Of a DNA stretch of 64,000 nt, positions 45,737-56,349 are shown in pieces; within the stretch, counting starts at the first letter, position 1, and each line of letters opens with the position of its first letter. Both the position numbers and the translations under genes were made by a program. The notes under the pieces were generated by a model that worked only from the letters and a program-made list of their open reading frames with translations, made no database searches and was not told where the DNA came from. This DNA is from Erysipelotrichaceae bacterium (lineage in GTDB: Bacteria; Bacillota_I; Bacilli_A; RFN20; CAG-826), in the NCBI GenBank assembly GCA_012837435.1, contig DURD01000030.1:405-64404 (forward strand). The letters are read 5' to 3'.

Positions 45737-48700
45737 ATGTCTAAAATTAAAAAGACCATGTTGTCTGTTGATGGCAATACCGCAGCATCATTAGGTTCTT
45801 ATAATTATATTGAAGTGGCGAGCATCTATCCCATTACCCCCTCTTCTCCGATGGCGGAAAATATCGATGTCTACGCTTCACAAAATCGCAAAAATTTCTT
45901 TGGCTCAGTCGTCAAAGTGAGTGAAATGCAATCCGAAGCGGGAGCCGCAGGCGCTGTGCACGGTGTTTTGCAAGCCGGAGGATTAGCTGCTACCTACACG
46001 GCTAGCCAAGGTTTGCTATTAATGATTCCAAACATTTATAAGTGGGTCGGTGAATTATTGCCTGCTGTTTTACACGTCTCTGCGCGAAGTTTAGCGACGC
46101 GCAGTTTATCTATCTTCGGCGATCATCAAGACATTTACGCCATTCGCCAAACGGGCGTAGCAATGATTTGTTCAAATTCAGTTCAAGATATCGCTGATTT
46201 AACAAATGTTGCTCACTTGGTGGCTATCGATGCTTCTTATCCAGTGTGCCATTTCTTCGATGGTTTCAGAACTTCTCACGAAATTCAAAACGTCGAATTC
46301 GTCGACGATGACGAGTGGAAGAAGTTATTACCGATGGATAAGGTCGAGAGTTTTCGCGCTAGAGCGCTCAATCCGCATACGCATCCCGTCACTCGTGGTG
46401 GGGCGGAAAATGACGACATTTATTTCCAAGGTCGCGAAGCTCAAAATCTCAAAGTGGAAGAAGTTTTGGAAGTTGCTGAAAAGTACTTTAAAGAAGCCAC
46501 TCGCTTAACCGGTCGTCCGTATGCTCCGTTTGTTTATTACGGAGATAAAAATGCTGATCGCGTCATCATTGCTATGGGCAGTGTTACCGACACGATTGCG
46601 GAAGTCGTCGATGATTTAAATAAAAAAGGCGAAAAAGTTGGTTTAGTTAAAGTCCATCTCTATCGTCCGTTCTCCGCGAAACATTTATTAGAAGTCTTAC
46701 CGAAATCCGTTAGAACAATTGCCGTTCTTGATAGAACCAAGGAAGCGGGTGCTCCTGGCGAACCTTTATTCGTAGACGTTTCTACTGTTCTTAAGAGAGC
46801 GGGATCAGAAATTGAAGTCTTAGGGGGAAGATATGGTTTATCTAGCAAAGACACTCAACCAAAAGATATGAAAGCGGTCTTTGATTTCCTAAAATCAGAT
46901 AATCGTTGGAGTGGGTTTACCGTTTCTATTACCGATGATGTGACCTATTTAAGCATTCCCGTCGACGATAATTATCATATTAAAGGCGACTATACTTCTT
47001 GCTTATTTTATGGTTTAGGCTCCGACGGAACCGTATCCGCGAATAAGTCTTCTATCAAGATTATCGGTGACGCTACTGGTCAATATGCTCAAGCGTATTT
47101 TGCTTACGACAGCAGAAAAGCTGGAGGAGTTACTCGCTCTCACTTGAGATTTGGTAAAACTCCAATTCGCAGTTCTTATTACGTGCAGAATGCTGACTTT
47201 GTCTCCTGTTCATTAGACACCTACTTATTTAAGTTTGATATGCTTAAAAATGTCAAAAAAGGTGGCACTTTCTTGCTCAACACCGATATGGATGATGAGA
47301 CACTCTATCGAGTCATGCCTAATCGCGTTAAATATCAATTAGCTTCCAAAGGCATTAAATTTTATGTGATAGACGCTAACAAGATTGCCTCAGAAGTAGG
47401 AATGGGTAGACATACCAATACTATTTTGCAAGCCTCCTTCTTCTATCTCAATCAAGACATCATGCCCTACGATGAAGCCAATCAATGGATGAAGACCTTC
47501 GCGGAAAAATCTTATTCCAGAAAAGGTCAAGAAGTCGTCGAAAGAAATTATCGAGCTATCGATGCAGGGACTGAGGGTTTAAGAGAAGTTAAAGTCGATC
47601 CTTCGTGGAAAGAATTATCTCCAAAAGCCGATGTTCGTTTAACAGGCGATGATTACTTTGATACTTTTGTCGCTATTATCGGCAATCTCGATGGCGATAA
47701 TTTACCCGTTAGCAAATTCTTAGAATATGAACTATTAGATGGCACGATGAAAAACGATATCACTTTTAAGGAAAAACGTTCTATCGCTGATCGAGTGCCT
47801 TTATGGCATCCGGAAGCTTGTATTCAGTGCAATCAATGCGCTTTTGTCTGCCCGCATGCGACGATTCGCCCTATCTTGATGGATGAAGAAGAATACGAAA
47901 AAGCTCCAGCATTAGCTAAAGAAGTTCTCGATGCGACGGGCCCAGGTTTACAAGGCCTTAAATTCCGCATCCAAGTTTCTCCTCGCAATTGTGTGGGTTG
48001 TGGACTTTGTGTCGGCGAATGTTTATCCAACAAAGCGGGTAAAATCGCTCTTGAAATGGTCGAGGCTAAATCTCAATTTCCTCAAGAAGAAGCCGCGGAC
48101 TATCTATATAAACACATTTCAAATAAAGCCGATAGATTACCAGCGGCCTTACAGAACACCGTGAAAGGTGTCGGTTTGTTGATGCCTTACATGGAAGTGA
48201 GTGGGGCTTGCGCGGGTTGTGGCGAAACTCCCTACTACCGTTTAGTTTCTCAACTATTTGGTAAAGATATGCTCGTGGCTAACGCTACTGGTTGCACCTC
48301 TATCTACAGCGGTTCCACCCCCTTAACTCCCTTCTGCACTGATAAAGATGGTCAAGGCATCGCTTGGGCCAATTCCTTATTCGAAGATAATGCAGAATTT
48401 GGTTATGGTATGAGAATTGCCACTGACGCTAAAATCAAACATATTATCGAAATTTTAACTGCGGCTAAAGAAAGAGGCCTAGAAGAAGCTCTCGAAGCCA
48501 AAATCGATGAATATTTCTTAAATATTAAAAATCGCCAAGCTATGCGTACCATCGTTCCTGAACTCGTCGCTTTAGTTAAAGAGAGCAAGGACGAAGGGGT
48601 CAAACAAGTTTTAGATTATGAAAGAGATCTCGCGGATAAGTCCGTTTGGATTATCGGAGGTGATGGCTGGAGTTATGACATCGGTTACGGAGGTTTAGAT

Positions 48701-49288
48701 CACGTCATCGCTAACGAAGAAGATGTGAACATCTTGGTACTTGATACCGAAGTATATTCTAATACTGGTGGTCAATCATCTAAATCTAGCCAAACCGGTA
48801 GCATCGCTAAGTTTACCGCTAGTGGTAAAACTACCGCCAAAAAGAATCTCGCTTTGATGGCGATGTGTTACGGCAATGTCTATGTAGCGCAAATTGCTTT
48901 AGGCGCTAATCCCATCGCGGCTATCAAGGCCTTGAAAGAAGCGGAAAGTTATGACGGTCCATCACTAGTAATCTGCTACGCTCCCTGTGTCAACCACGGC
49001 ATTAAAGGTGGCCTTTCCAACTCTATGAGACAAGAAAAGCTCGCAGTGGAATGCGGTTATTTTCCCATCTTTAGATATGATCCGAGAAATCTAGCCGCGG
49101 GTAAGCCAGCATTAACTCTCGATATGAAAGATCCTGATTACAGCAAATTTAGAGACTTTGTTATGACCGAGACGAGATTCTCACAATTACCACGAGTCAA
49201 TACCCCCGAAGTGGCGGAAGAGCTCTTAACTAAGAGTGAGAATTATGCTAAAGCAAGATTGGATCGCATCAAAAAATTCGGTTTATAG
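45737..49288 (+). CDS. nifJ: pyruvate:ferredoxin (flavodoxin) oxidoreductase
   Basis: Single-chain PFOR layout. Two 4Fe-4S motifs (CIQCNQCAFVCP and CVGCGLCVGEC). TPP region GGDGWSYDIGYGG. The ATG at 45737 follows taggagg; the track start at 45707 is an extension. Confidence 0.9.
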   Translation: MSKIKKTMLSVDGNTAASLGSYNYIEVASIYPITPSSPMAENIDVYASQNRKNFFGSVVKVSEMQSEAGAAGAVHGVLQAGGLAATYTASQGLLLMIPNIYKWVGELLPAVLHVSARSLATRSLSIFGDHQDIYAIRQTGVAMICSNSVQDIADLTNVAHLVAIDASYPVCHFFDGFRTSHEIQNVEFVDDDEWKKLLPMDKVESFRARALNPHTHPVTRGGAENDDIYFQGREAQNLKVEEVLEVAEKYFKEATRLTGRPYAPFVYYGDKNADRVIIAMGSVTDTIAEVVDDLNKKGEKVGLVKVHLYRPFSAKHLLEVLPKSVRTIAVLDRTKEAGAPGEPLFVDVSTVLKRAGSEIEVLGGRYGLSSKDTQPKDMKAVFDFLKSDNRWSGFTVSITDDVTYLSIPVDDNYHIKGDYTSCLFYGLGSDGTVSANKSSIKIIGDATGQYAQAYFAYDSRKAGGVTRSHLRFGKTPIRSSYYVQNADFVSCSLDTYLFKFDMLKNVKKGGTFLLNTDMDDETLYRVMPNRVKYQLASKGIKFYVIDANKIASEVGMGRHTNTILQASFFYLNQDIMPYDEANQWMKTFAEKSYSRKGQEVVERNYRAIDAGTEGLREVKVDPSWKELSPKADVRLTGDDYFDTFVAIIGNLDGDNLPVSKFLEYELLDGTMKNDITFKEKRSIADRVPLWHPEACIQCNQCAFVCPHATIRPILMDEEEYEKAPALAKEVLDATGPGLQGLKFRIQVSPRNCVGCGLCVGECLSNKAGKIALEMVEAKSQFPQEEAADYLYKHISNKADRLPAALQNTVKGVGLLMPYMEVSGACAGCGETPYYRLVSQLFGKDMLVANATGCTSIYSGSTPLTPFCTDKDGQGIAWANSLFEDNAEFGYGMRIATDAKIKHIIEILTAAKERGLEEALEAKIDEYFLNIKNRQAMRTIVPELVALVKESKDEGVKQVLDYERDLADKSVWIIGGDGWSYDIGYGGLDHVIANEEDVNILVLDTEVYSNTGGQSSKSSQTGSIAKFTASGKTTAKKNLALMAMCYGNVYVAQIALGANPIAAIKALKEAESYDGPSLVICYAPCVNHGIKGGLSNSMRQEKLAVECGYFPIFRYDPRNLAAGKPALTLDMKDPDYSKFRDFVMTETRFSQLPRVNTPEVAEELLTKSENYAKARLDRIKKFGL

Positions 49289-49332
49289 TCATACAAATAA
49301 AAATATCGATACTTGATTGAACTAACAAGATA

Positions 49333-49369
49333 AAAGTAGAGAGGTAAAAACTTATCTACTTTTTCTTTT
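49333..49369 (+). terminator. rho-independent terminator after PFOR
   Basis: Stem aaagtaga/tctacttt, 14-nt loop, T-rich tail. Confidence 0.6.
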
Positions 49370-49431
49370 AGTGAGAACTATTCATATTCACTAGTTTATT
49401 CAAATATATTTTTTAAGTTTATAAAATAATA

Positions 49432-49460
49432 TTTACAAGTTTGAACATATCCTATATAAT
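49432..49460 (+). promoter_or_regulatory. putative promoter of the 129-aa ORF
   Basis: tttaca, 17 nt, tataat. Confidence 0.55.
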
Positions 49461-49488
49461 AATGTCGTAGGTTAATAGGAGGCATAGT

Positions 49489-49878
49489 ATGAAAAAACGT
49501 TTAAGAGAAATTGAAGCCCTTGTTCAAATCGTTAATGAATATGCGTTGGTGCATAAAAATATTGCCAAATTACCGCGTGGTTACATCTCAGTAAAGCGAA
49601 TAAGTGGTCATACCTATTATTATCGACAATGGAGAGAAGGAACTAAAATTATTTCTAAGTATGTTCCAGAAGCTCTTCTTTCGAGTGTCAGAAGACAAAT
49701 TGCTGCGAGAAAAGAAAACGAATCCTTTCTCAAAGAGATTAAGAAGGACTTAAAGAGAGTCACACGCAAAGTTGTTAAAGGTGGTTTATTAACAGAAAAT
49801 GATGTCAAAACCTTATTAGAAGTTGCTCTACAAGGCGGAGATGTGAACGCTGAAGTTGACAAACTTTTAGAGAAATAA
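49489..49878 (+). CDS. hypothetical protein (129 aa, basic, predicted helical)
   Basis: ORF with SD taggagg. No family recognised. Confidence 0.55.
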   Translation: MKKRLREIEALVQIVNEYALVHKNIAKLPRGYISVKRISGHTYYYRQWREGTKIISKYVPEALLSSVRRQIAARKENESFLKEIKKDLKRVTRKVVKGGLLTENDVKTLLEVALQGGDVNAEVDKLLEK

Positions 49879-49954
49879 TTAGTTTGACAGTTGATAACTT
49901 TTTGATATGTTAAGTAGAAGAAAGTTTTTTTCGAAAGTTTAAATTTTACAGCAA

Positions 49955-50031
49955 CGGGACGTAGCGCAGCTTGGTAGCGCACTTCCTTGGGGTGGAAGGG
50001 GTCGTCAGTTCGAATCTGATCGTTCCGACCA
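49955..50031 (+). tRNA. tRNA-Pro (anticodon GGG), CCA encoded
   Basis: Cloverleaf: acceptor cgggacg/cgttccg with C1-G72, anticodon stem cttcc/ggaag, loop ttGGGgt, T-loop ttcgaat. Confidence 0.85.
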
Positions 50032-50044
50032 TAAGTTAAAATAA

Positions 50045-50087
50045 GTGGACAAACGTTGAATGAATGTTGTCCACTTTTTCTTTTTTT
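50045..50087 (+). terminator. rho-independent terminator after tRNA-Pro
   Basis: Stem gtggacaa/ttgtccac, 14-nt loop, tttttcttttttt. Confidence 0.7.
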
Positions 50088-50190
50088 ATTCAGTGATTAA
50101 TAGATGTTTTTAAAAGAAGCCGTGACTTGTTTAGCTATCCCTCGTTTTTTATAATGAAAGGGTAAAAATAATAAAAAAGAGGAGGATTCT

Positions 50191-51201
50191 ATGAGAAATG
50201 AAAAGATTGCCTATCGTCCTGATAGCTTAACGAGTTTTGACCGCGAATGGCTTTTGCACAAAGGTTGCAAGGAATGGTGGTACGCGACTGGCGTTTTATT
50301 CGATGATGATAAGAATTTGTACTCTTATCAATACACTCTCCTTCACATCAATCTCGGAATTATCACCGCGAAAATGGCGATGATTGCTTTAACCGACTAT
50401 AAAAATAATCGTCATTATTATTTGCAGACCCCTCCTGATAGAAAAAACCCTGTAATCATCACGGAAAAGGAAGCTTCTATGGGAAGTGTGGCTTCCGCTA
50501 AAAAGACTAGAAGAGGTATAAAAATTGTTTTAAATCACAAGGACTTTTCTTTAGATTTGATCGCAGATTATGGTAAAGGTGCTTTTTGGCACTGCGACAA
50601 CGGAAAATTACAGATGGGTATTCCTGACAAAAAACAGACGACTTTTTATTATTCCTATACCAATATGCCCACAAGTGGCACTTTGCTCTTAAACAATCAA
50701 AAGATAAAACTCACCGGAAAAACTTGGTTTGATAAGCAAGGAGGTTCTTATAGTATCACGAATCTTAAAACCCATTGGGAATGGTTTTCCTTGCGCTTCT
50801 TTGATGATGAAGAAGTCATGCTCTTTACTTTTCCTCAGAACGATCCCCCTTATTACGATGGAACTTACATCACGAAAGATAGAAGAAGTCGTCGCTTAAA
50901 CGATTATCAATTAAAGACGACGTCAACAACCACTTTTGGGGGACTGAAATGGTCTTCGGGTTGGGAACTACAAATGAAAGAAAAAGAGAAGTACTATACC
51001 ATTGAACCCGTTTTAGAAGGGCACATGAATTTTGCCTATTTTGAACAGCTGTGCTATGTCAAAAATAAAAAAGGAATAGTCGTGGGTTACGCTTTCGCGG
51101 AATTGCTTCCCGGCGTTCTCAACCAGCGTCTTAGCGCTAGGGGCAAATATGGTAAAAAGGCTATCTCCATTACTAACTTATTTAGAAGAATCGAATTTTA
51201 A
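50191..51201 (+). CDS. AttH/CrtC-like lipocalin-domain protein (putative)
   Basis: 336 aa. N-terminal EWWYATGVLFDD and later TGKTWFDKQGG resemble the hydroxyneurosporene-synthase/AttH family pattern. Confidence 0.5.
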   Translation: MRNEKIAYRPDSLTSFDREWLLHKGCKEWWYATGVLFDDDKNLYSYQYTLLHINLGIITAKMAMIALTDYKNNRHYYLQTPPDRKNPVIITEKEASMGSVASAKKTRRGIKIVLNHKDFSLDLIADYGKGAFWHCDNGKLQMGIPDKKQTTFYYSYTNMPTSGTLLLNNQKIKLTGKTWFDKQGGSYSITNLKTHWEWFSLRFFDDEEVMLFTFPQNDPPYYDGTYITKDRRSRRLNDYQLKTTSTTTFGGLKWSSGWELQMKEKEKYYTIEPVLEGHMNFAYFEQLCYVKNKKGIVVGYAFAELLPGVLNQRLSARGKYGKKAISITNLFRRIEF

Positions 51202-51350
51202 TCTCGTTTAAAAGACGTTCAAATTGAACTTTATTAGTAAATTTTTTGATTTTAAAAAAATTAAAGTTCTTACCCAGCGAACTTTTTTGTTTCAGATAGC
51301 ATTTATATAGTTATCTATTTCGATATTTGCTAAAATATCCGAGGTAAATT

Positions 51351-54188
51351 ATGGAAAAGAAAATCGTTATTAAAGGCGCGAGAGAAAATAATCTAAAAAA
51401 TATCGATCTGGTTTTGCCAAAAGAGGCCCTCATCGTTTTTAGCGGTCTATCCGGAAGTGGCAAATCCACTTTAGCGTTCGATACAATCTACGCTGAGGGA
51501 CAACGGCGATATGTGGAATCGCTCTCTAGTTACGCCCGACAATTTTTAGGTAATTTTGATAAACCAGAAGTCGATGCCATTGAAGGGCTATCGCCGAGCG
51601 TAGCTATCGATCAAAAATCCGTTTCCAACAATCCGAGAAGTACCGTGGGGACAGTGACGGAAATCTACGATTATTTGAGACTGCTATTTGGTCGCATCGG
51701 GGTGCCGTATTGCCCCTATCATCATCGACCGATTATCTCTTTTTCTGTCACGATGATGACGGATATTGTCATGAATTATGAAGAAGGCACGAGGATTCAA
51801 CTGTTAGCCCCTATCGTCCACGAAGAAAAAGGTACGCAAAAAGATGTCTTGGAAAAAATAAGAAAAGACGGTTTTAATCGCGTTCGTGTCGATGGGAATA
51901 TCATGACTTTAGAAGAAGTCCCTCCCTTAGAAAAAAATAATAAACACAGCGTGGACATCGTCGTCGATCGTCTAATCGTTAAAAAAGAAGCTCGTTCTCG
52001 CGTTTTCGAATCGATTGAAACGGTTTTAAATTTTTCGAGAGGTTTATTGATTATCCTTAGTGATAAAGAAGAAAAAGTCCTCTCAGATAAGTACACGTGT
52101 CCGATCTGTGGCTTTTCTGTGCCGCGAGTGGAACCGCGATTATTTTCTTTTAACTCACCGTTAGGGTGTTGTCCTGATTGCAAAGGCTTAGGGATGAAAA
52201 GAGAAGCGGATGTCCGCAAGATAGTTCCTAATCCCGAACTCAGTCTAAATCAAGGAGCAATCAAACATTATGCCCATATCGCTGGTAGCCAAAATCTCGA
52301 ATGGCAAGAGTTTGTTTTGTTGTGTAATTTATACAAAGTACCCATGGATAAATCGTGGAAAGATTTAACAAAAGAACAACAAAAAATTGTCCTATTTGGT
52401 TCCCCAGTCGTTCATCGATATACCTTAAAATCTTCTAGTGGCAATACCACTAACCGCTACCAGGTTATCGAAGGAATAAAAAACAAATTGGAAAGATTAT
52501 ATAGCGAAACCACCTCTGAATGGATGAGAGATTATTATGAGACCTACATGAGCGATCACGAATGTACCTCTTGTCACGGCAGAAGATTAAACGAATACGC
52601 CTTGAGTGTTTTGATTGACGGAAAAAATATTCATGATATCTCTAGTATGCAACTCAAACAACTGCGAGATTGGGCCAAAGAACTACCCACTCGCTTAAAC
52701 GATGAAGAAAATAAGATTGCCGATTTAGTTTTAAAAGAAATTGGTAATAGAACTTCCTTTTTATGCGATGTTGGTTTGGAATATCTAACTTTGACTAGAT
52801 TAGCGATGACATTAAGTGGAGGCGAGAGTCAAAGAATTAGACTAGCCACCCAAATCGGAAGTAAATTAAGCGGCGTTTTGTATGTGATGGATGAACCTTC
52901 CATTGGTTTACATAGTCGCGACAGTGAAAAATTAATCAAAACGATGAGAGAGATGCGCGATATTGGCAATACTTTAATCGTCGTCGAACACGATGAAGAA
53001 ATGATAAGAAGTGCTGATTATGTCGTCGATATCGGTCCAGGAGCCGGCATTCATGGGGGGGAGGTTGTCGCTTTAGGAACCCCAGAAGAAGTGGCTCAAA
53101 ATTTAAAGAGTATTACCGGCGATTATTTATCGCATAGAAAATATATTCCCATCCCTAAAACTAGAAGAAAAGGGAATGGCTTATACATCAAAATAGAGGG
53201 GGCGTGTTGCAATAATCTCAAAAATATTGACGTCGCTATTCCCCTAGGAAAATTTGTCGCTATCACTGGGGTTTCGGGAAGTGGTAAATCTTCTTTAATC
53301 ACTCAAACTCTCTTCGAACATTTAAAGCAATACTTCGGTAAAGAAAATAGTTTTGCGGGTAAAGCAAAATCAATCATTGGTTTTGAAAACATCGATAAGG
53401 TCATCGACATTACTCAAGAGCCCATCGGCCGTACTCCGCGCAGTAATCCCGCGACCTACGTTAAACTTTTCGATGATATCCGGACGCTTTTTGCGGAAAC
53501 GGTCGAAGCGAAAGCTCGCGGTTATAACAAAGGGAGATTTTCTTTTAACGTCGTGGGAGGAAGATGTGAAAAGTGTGGGGGCGCGGGTGTGGTGCGTATC
53601 CCTATGAACTTCTTACCCGATGTCTACGTAAAGTGCGACGCCTGTCAAGGCCGACGCTATAACGAGGAAACTTTGCAAGTCACATACAAGGGTAAAAATA
53701 TTTATGATGTGTTAGAAATGACCATCGAAGATAGCTTGAGATTTTTTAGTAATCGACCGAGTTTGTTAAGAAGAATACAAACTCTATATGACGTGGGTTT
53801 AGGTTATATAAAAATGGGACAACCCGCCACGACGTTAAGTGGAGGGGAAGCTCAGCGTGTCAAATTAGCCGCGGAACTACAAAAAAGACCGACGGGTAAA
53901 ACGCTATACATTCTCGACGAGCCGACCACTGGTTTGCACGCCGATGATGTCAAACGTCTTTTGATAGTTTTGCAAAGAATTGTCGATAATGGCGATACCG
54001 TGTTAGTCATCGAACATAATCTTGATGTTATTAAAGTCGCGGATTATGTGATAGACTTGGGACCAGAAGGCGGTGACCAAGGTGGCCAAGTTGTGGCAAT
54101 GGGCACTCCAGAAGAAGTCGCCAACAATCAAAATTCCTACACCGGTCAATATTTGAAAAAAGTGTTAAAGAAGGAGCATTACGAATAA
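51351..54188 (+). CDS. uvrA: excinuclease ABC subunit A
   Basis: 945 aa. Two ABC modules (GLSGSGKST and GVSGSGKSS), LSGGESQR and LSGGEAQR signatures, zinc modules CPxC/CxxC. Confidence 0.95.
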   Translation: MEKKIVIKGARENNLKNIDLVLPKEALIVFSGLSGSGKSTLAFDTIYAEGQRRYVESLSSYARQFLGNFDKPEVDAIEGLSPSVAIDQKSVSNNPRSTVGTVTEIYDYLRLLFGRIGVPYCPYHHRPIISFSVTMMTDIVMNYEEGTRIQLLAPIVHEEKGTQKDVLEKIRKDGFNRVRVDGNIMTLEEVPPLEKNNKHSVDIVVDRLIVKKEARSRVFESIETVLNFSRGLLIILSDKEEKVLSDKYTCPICGFSVPRVEPRLFSFNSPLGCCPDCKGLGMKREADVRKIVPNPELSLNQGAIKHYAHIAGSQNLEWQEFVLLCNLYKVPMDKSWKDLTKEQQKIVLFGSPVVHRYTLKSSSGNTTNRYQVIEGIKNKLERLYSETTSEWMRDYYETYMSDHECTSCHGRRLNEYALSVLIDGKNIHDISSMQLKQLRDWAKELPTRLNDEENKIADLVLKEIGNRTSFLCDVGLEYLTLTRLAMTLSGGESQRIRLATQIGSKLSGVLYVMDEPSIGLHSRDSEKLIKTMREMRDIGNTLIVVEHDEEMIRSADYVVDIGPGAGIHGGEVVALGTPEEVAQNLKSITGDYLSHRKYIPIPKTRRKGNGLYIKIEGACCNNLKNIDVAIPLGKFVAITGVSGSGKSSLITQTLFEHLKQYFGKENSFAGKAKSIIGFENIDKVIDITQEPIGRTPRSNPATYVKLFDDIRTLFAETVEAKARGYNKGRFSFNVVGGRCEKCGGAGVVRIPMNFLPDVYVKCDACQGRRYNEETLQVTYKGKNIYDVLEMTIEDSLRFFSNRPSLLRRIQTLYDVGLGYIKMGQPATTLSGGEAQRVKLAAELQKRPTGKTLYILDEPTTGLHADDVKRLLIVLQRIVDNGDTVLVIEHNLDVIKVADYVIDLGPEGGDQGGQVVAMGTPEEVANNQNSYTGQYLKKVLKKEHYE

Positions 54189-54191
54189 ATT

Positions 54192-55721
54192 ATGATTCTC
54201 GCCATAATATTCTCGATAGCCTTTGCAATCTGCACGGGCATCAGCATTTATCAAACTGCCAGTTTTATAAAATCTCCGATTGCCGTCAAGGACTATCGGA
54301 ATTTTGCTTTACGACAACTAGTTTTTATCGCTTTAGCGTCTATTTCCTTTTTGATAATGTCTTTTGGCTTTTACAACTGGCTCGACGCGGCTTTTGAAGT
54401 CGGATACGTTTTTCAATTAGTGGTGGGAGGACTATTATTTCCCTTTACTTTACTCTCGTTAATCAATGGTTTGATTATTCGTTTTCGCGACAAAAATATT
54501 CCCGAAAAACTTAGCAAATGGTCGTACTACTTACTCATTGCTGGTTTTGTTTTATCGGTAGTGTTTTTCTTTGTTTACACGAATGGACTAGCTCCTTATT
54601 TAACTTATCCATTACCCAACGGTATTTCTTTTACCGATGGCCTTGTCACTCCTAATGGGGGCTCGCCCAATATCACTTTCTACGCTATCTGTATTCTAAG
54701 TGGGGCGATTCTCGTTTATTTCGTTTGTGACCATTATATGTATAAGGAATATGGAAAGCACGGCTTGTTAGAATCAACTTTTTATGTGGCTTTTCCCGCT
54801 GGCATCATCGGAGCGCGCCTCTGGTACGTCGTGGGTAATTGGTCCATAGAATTTCAAAATCGTCCCTTTTGGTCAGTATTTGCTATTTGGGAAGGAGGCT
54901 TGACGATTCTAGGTGGCGCTCTAACAGGCATCATCGCCGGCGTTTTATTTTACATGTGGCGGCACAAAGACAAATCCGTATTTGTGGGAATAGACATCGT
55001 TGTGCCTTGTATTTTGCTCGCTCAGGCGGTCGGTAGAATAGGTAACTACTTCAATTGTGAAGTCCATGGTTTTTTAAGCGATGTCACTTACTGGAAATGG
55101 CTTCCAGAAATTATTTGGAGAAACATGACCTTCAGTTCAACCGCGGGTTTTGCTCCAGAAGGACAAATCTATGTTCCGCTATTTTTTATTGAAGGTCTTG
55201 CTAACGTTTTAGGTTATTTTGTTATCACAAAGGTGTTTGGACGCCTTTTAAGAAAATATATAGAATTAGGGGATTTAGGCGCAGGATACATCATTTGGTA
55301 CGGTTTAACTCGTATTTTGATGGAACCTTTAAGAATTGCTGACTATCAAATGGGACAAGACGGTTATTGGTCTTGGGTTTGGAGCATGGCTTTTGTTTTA
55401 GTCGGTACTTTACTCATCGTTATAAATCATGTCGTAAGATATGTGATTAGAAAGAAAAAAGGAATATATGTCGTTAGCGAGAATGCTAAACGGTCAAATA
55501 CTATAGCGACAATCGTCATCGCGGTAATCGCTATAGCGCTTATTTTAACTGGTGCTTTGTTAATGGCCAACCATCCGTTTGTGGCAAAAGTGACATATAA
55601 TGGCTTTAACGTCGGATTGATTATTTTAATCATCGGAATTTCTGTTTTTTCTCTAATGACTATTTCCTTGATTAATTTGTTCGAAGCTTTAAAAGTTAGG
55701 AGCGCCCATGAAAAAGTATAA
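54192..55721 (+). CDS. lgt: prolipoprotein diacylglyceryl transferase with N- and C-terminal TM extensions
   Basis: Core motifs GGLTILGGALTG and GRIGNYFNCEVHG. 509 aa against about 270-290 aa for typical Lgt. Confidence 0.8.
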   Translation: MILAIIFSIAFAICTGISIYQTASFIKSPIAVKDYRNFALRQLVFIALASISFLIMSFGFYNWLDAAFEVGYVFQLVVGGLLFPFTLLSLINGLIIRFRDKNIPEKLSKWSYYLLIAGFVLSVVFFFVYTNGLAPYLTYPLPNGISFTDGLVTPNGGSPNITFYAICILSGAILVYFVCDHYMYKEYGKHGLLESTFYVAFPAGIIGARLWYVVGNWSIEFQNRPFWSVFAIWEGGLTILGGALTGIIAGVLFYMWRHKDKSVFVGIDIVVPCILLAQAVGRIGNYFNCEVHGFLSDVTYWKWLPEIIWRNMTFSSTAGFAPEGQIYVPLFFIEGLANVLGYFVITKVFGRLLRKYIELGDLGAGYIIWYGLTRILMEPLRIADYQMGQDGYWSWVWSMAFVLVGTLLIVINHVVRYVIRKKKGIYVVSENAKRSNTIATIVIAVIAIALILTGALLMANHPFVAKVTYNGFNVGLIILIIGISVFSLMTISLINLFEALKVRSAHEKV

Positions 55722-56349
55722 ACTAATCCTTTTTGATTTAGACGGCACTTTATGCAACACCGATGAAATGGTCGTCCAATCGTATTTAAAAATATACGAA
55801 GATTACGAACCAAAAGTTAGGAGAAGCCGAGAAGAATTGTATTATTTTTCGGGACCACCAGTCGAAGAAACGATGGCTAAAGAATTTCCCGACTATCCCA
55901 CGGAGATGATGTGTAAAATTTATCGGGAGGTTTCCAAAGATTTTTATGATTCCACGGTGACGGCCTATGAAGGGGAAGTAGAAGTTCTAAGTGCCCTAAA
56001 ACAAGCTGGTTACTTATTAGGAATTGTGACTAATAAGGCTAATATGATGCTTAGGCATTCTTTAAAACTGTGTCATATTGATAACTTTTTTGATGCGATT
56101 ATCTCTTCTAACGATGTTAAAAAACCAAAACCCTCGCCTGAAGGTATATTTAAAGCAATGAATATCTTAGGGATAAAAAATAAAGAAGAGGTTATATATA
56201 TTGGAGATAACGATCTCGATTATAAGACCGCGGAGAACGCTGGTATTGATTCGATGCTTGTCTCCTGGGGACCAAGAAAATTAAAATGTCTAGATGAAGC
56301 AAAATATCAAGTAAAATCGTACAAAGAAATGGGAGAAATATTGTTATGA
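55708..56349 (+). CDS. ppaX: HAD-family phosphatase (PpaX-like pyrophosphatase)
   Basis: LILFDLDGTLCNT, TNK and GDNDLDYKTAENAG motifs. Position after lgt mirrors B. subtilis lgt-yvoD-ppaX. Confidence 0.6.
   Translation: MKKYKLILFDLDGTLCNTDEMVVQSYLKIYEDYEPKVRRSREELYYFSGPPVEETMAKEFPDYPTEMMCKIYREVSKDFYDSTVTAYEGEVEVLSALKQAGYLLGIVTNKANMMLRHSLKLCHIDNFFDAIISSNDVKKPKPSPEGIFKAMNILGIKNKEEVIYIGDNDLDYKTAENAGIDSMLVSWGPRKLKCLDEAKYQVKSYKEMGEILL

Noticed and set aside
51278-51293. CGAAC-N6-GTTTC upstream of uvrA, resembling a Firmicutes LexA (Cheo) box.
   Set aside because: The spacing is 6 rather than 4 and the right half-site is degenerate. No lexA or recA context is visible.
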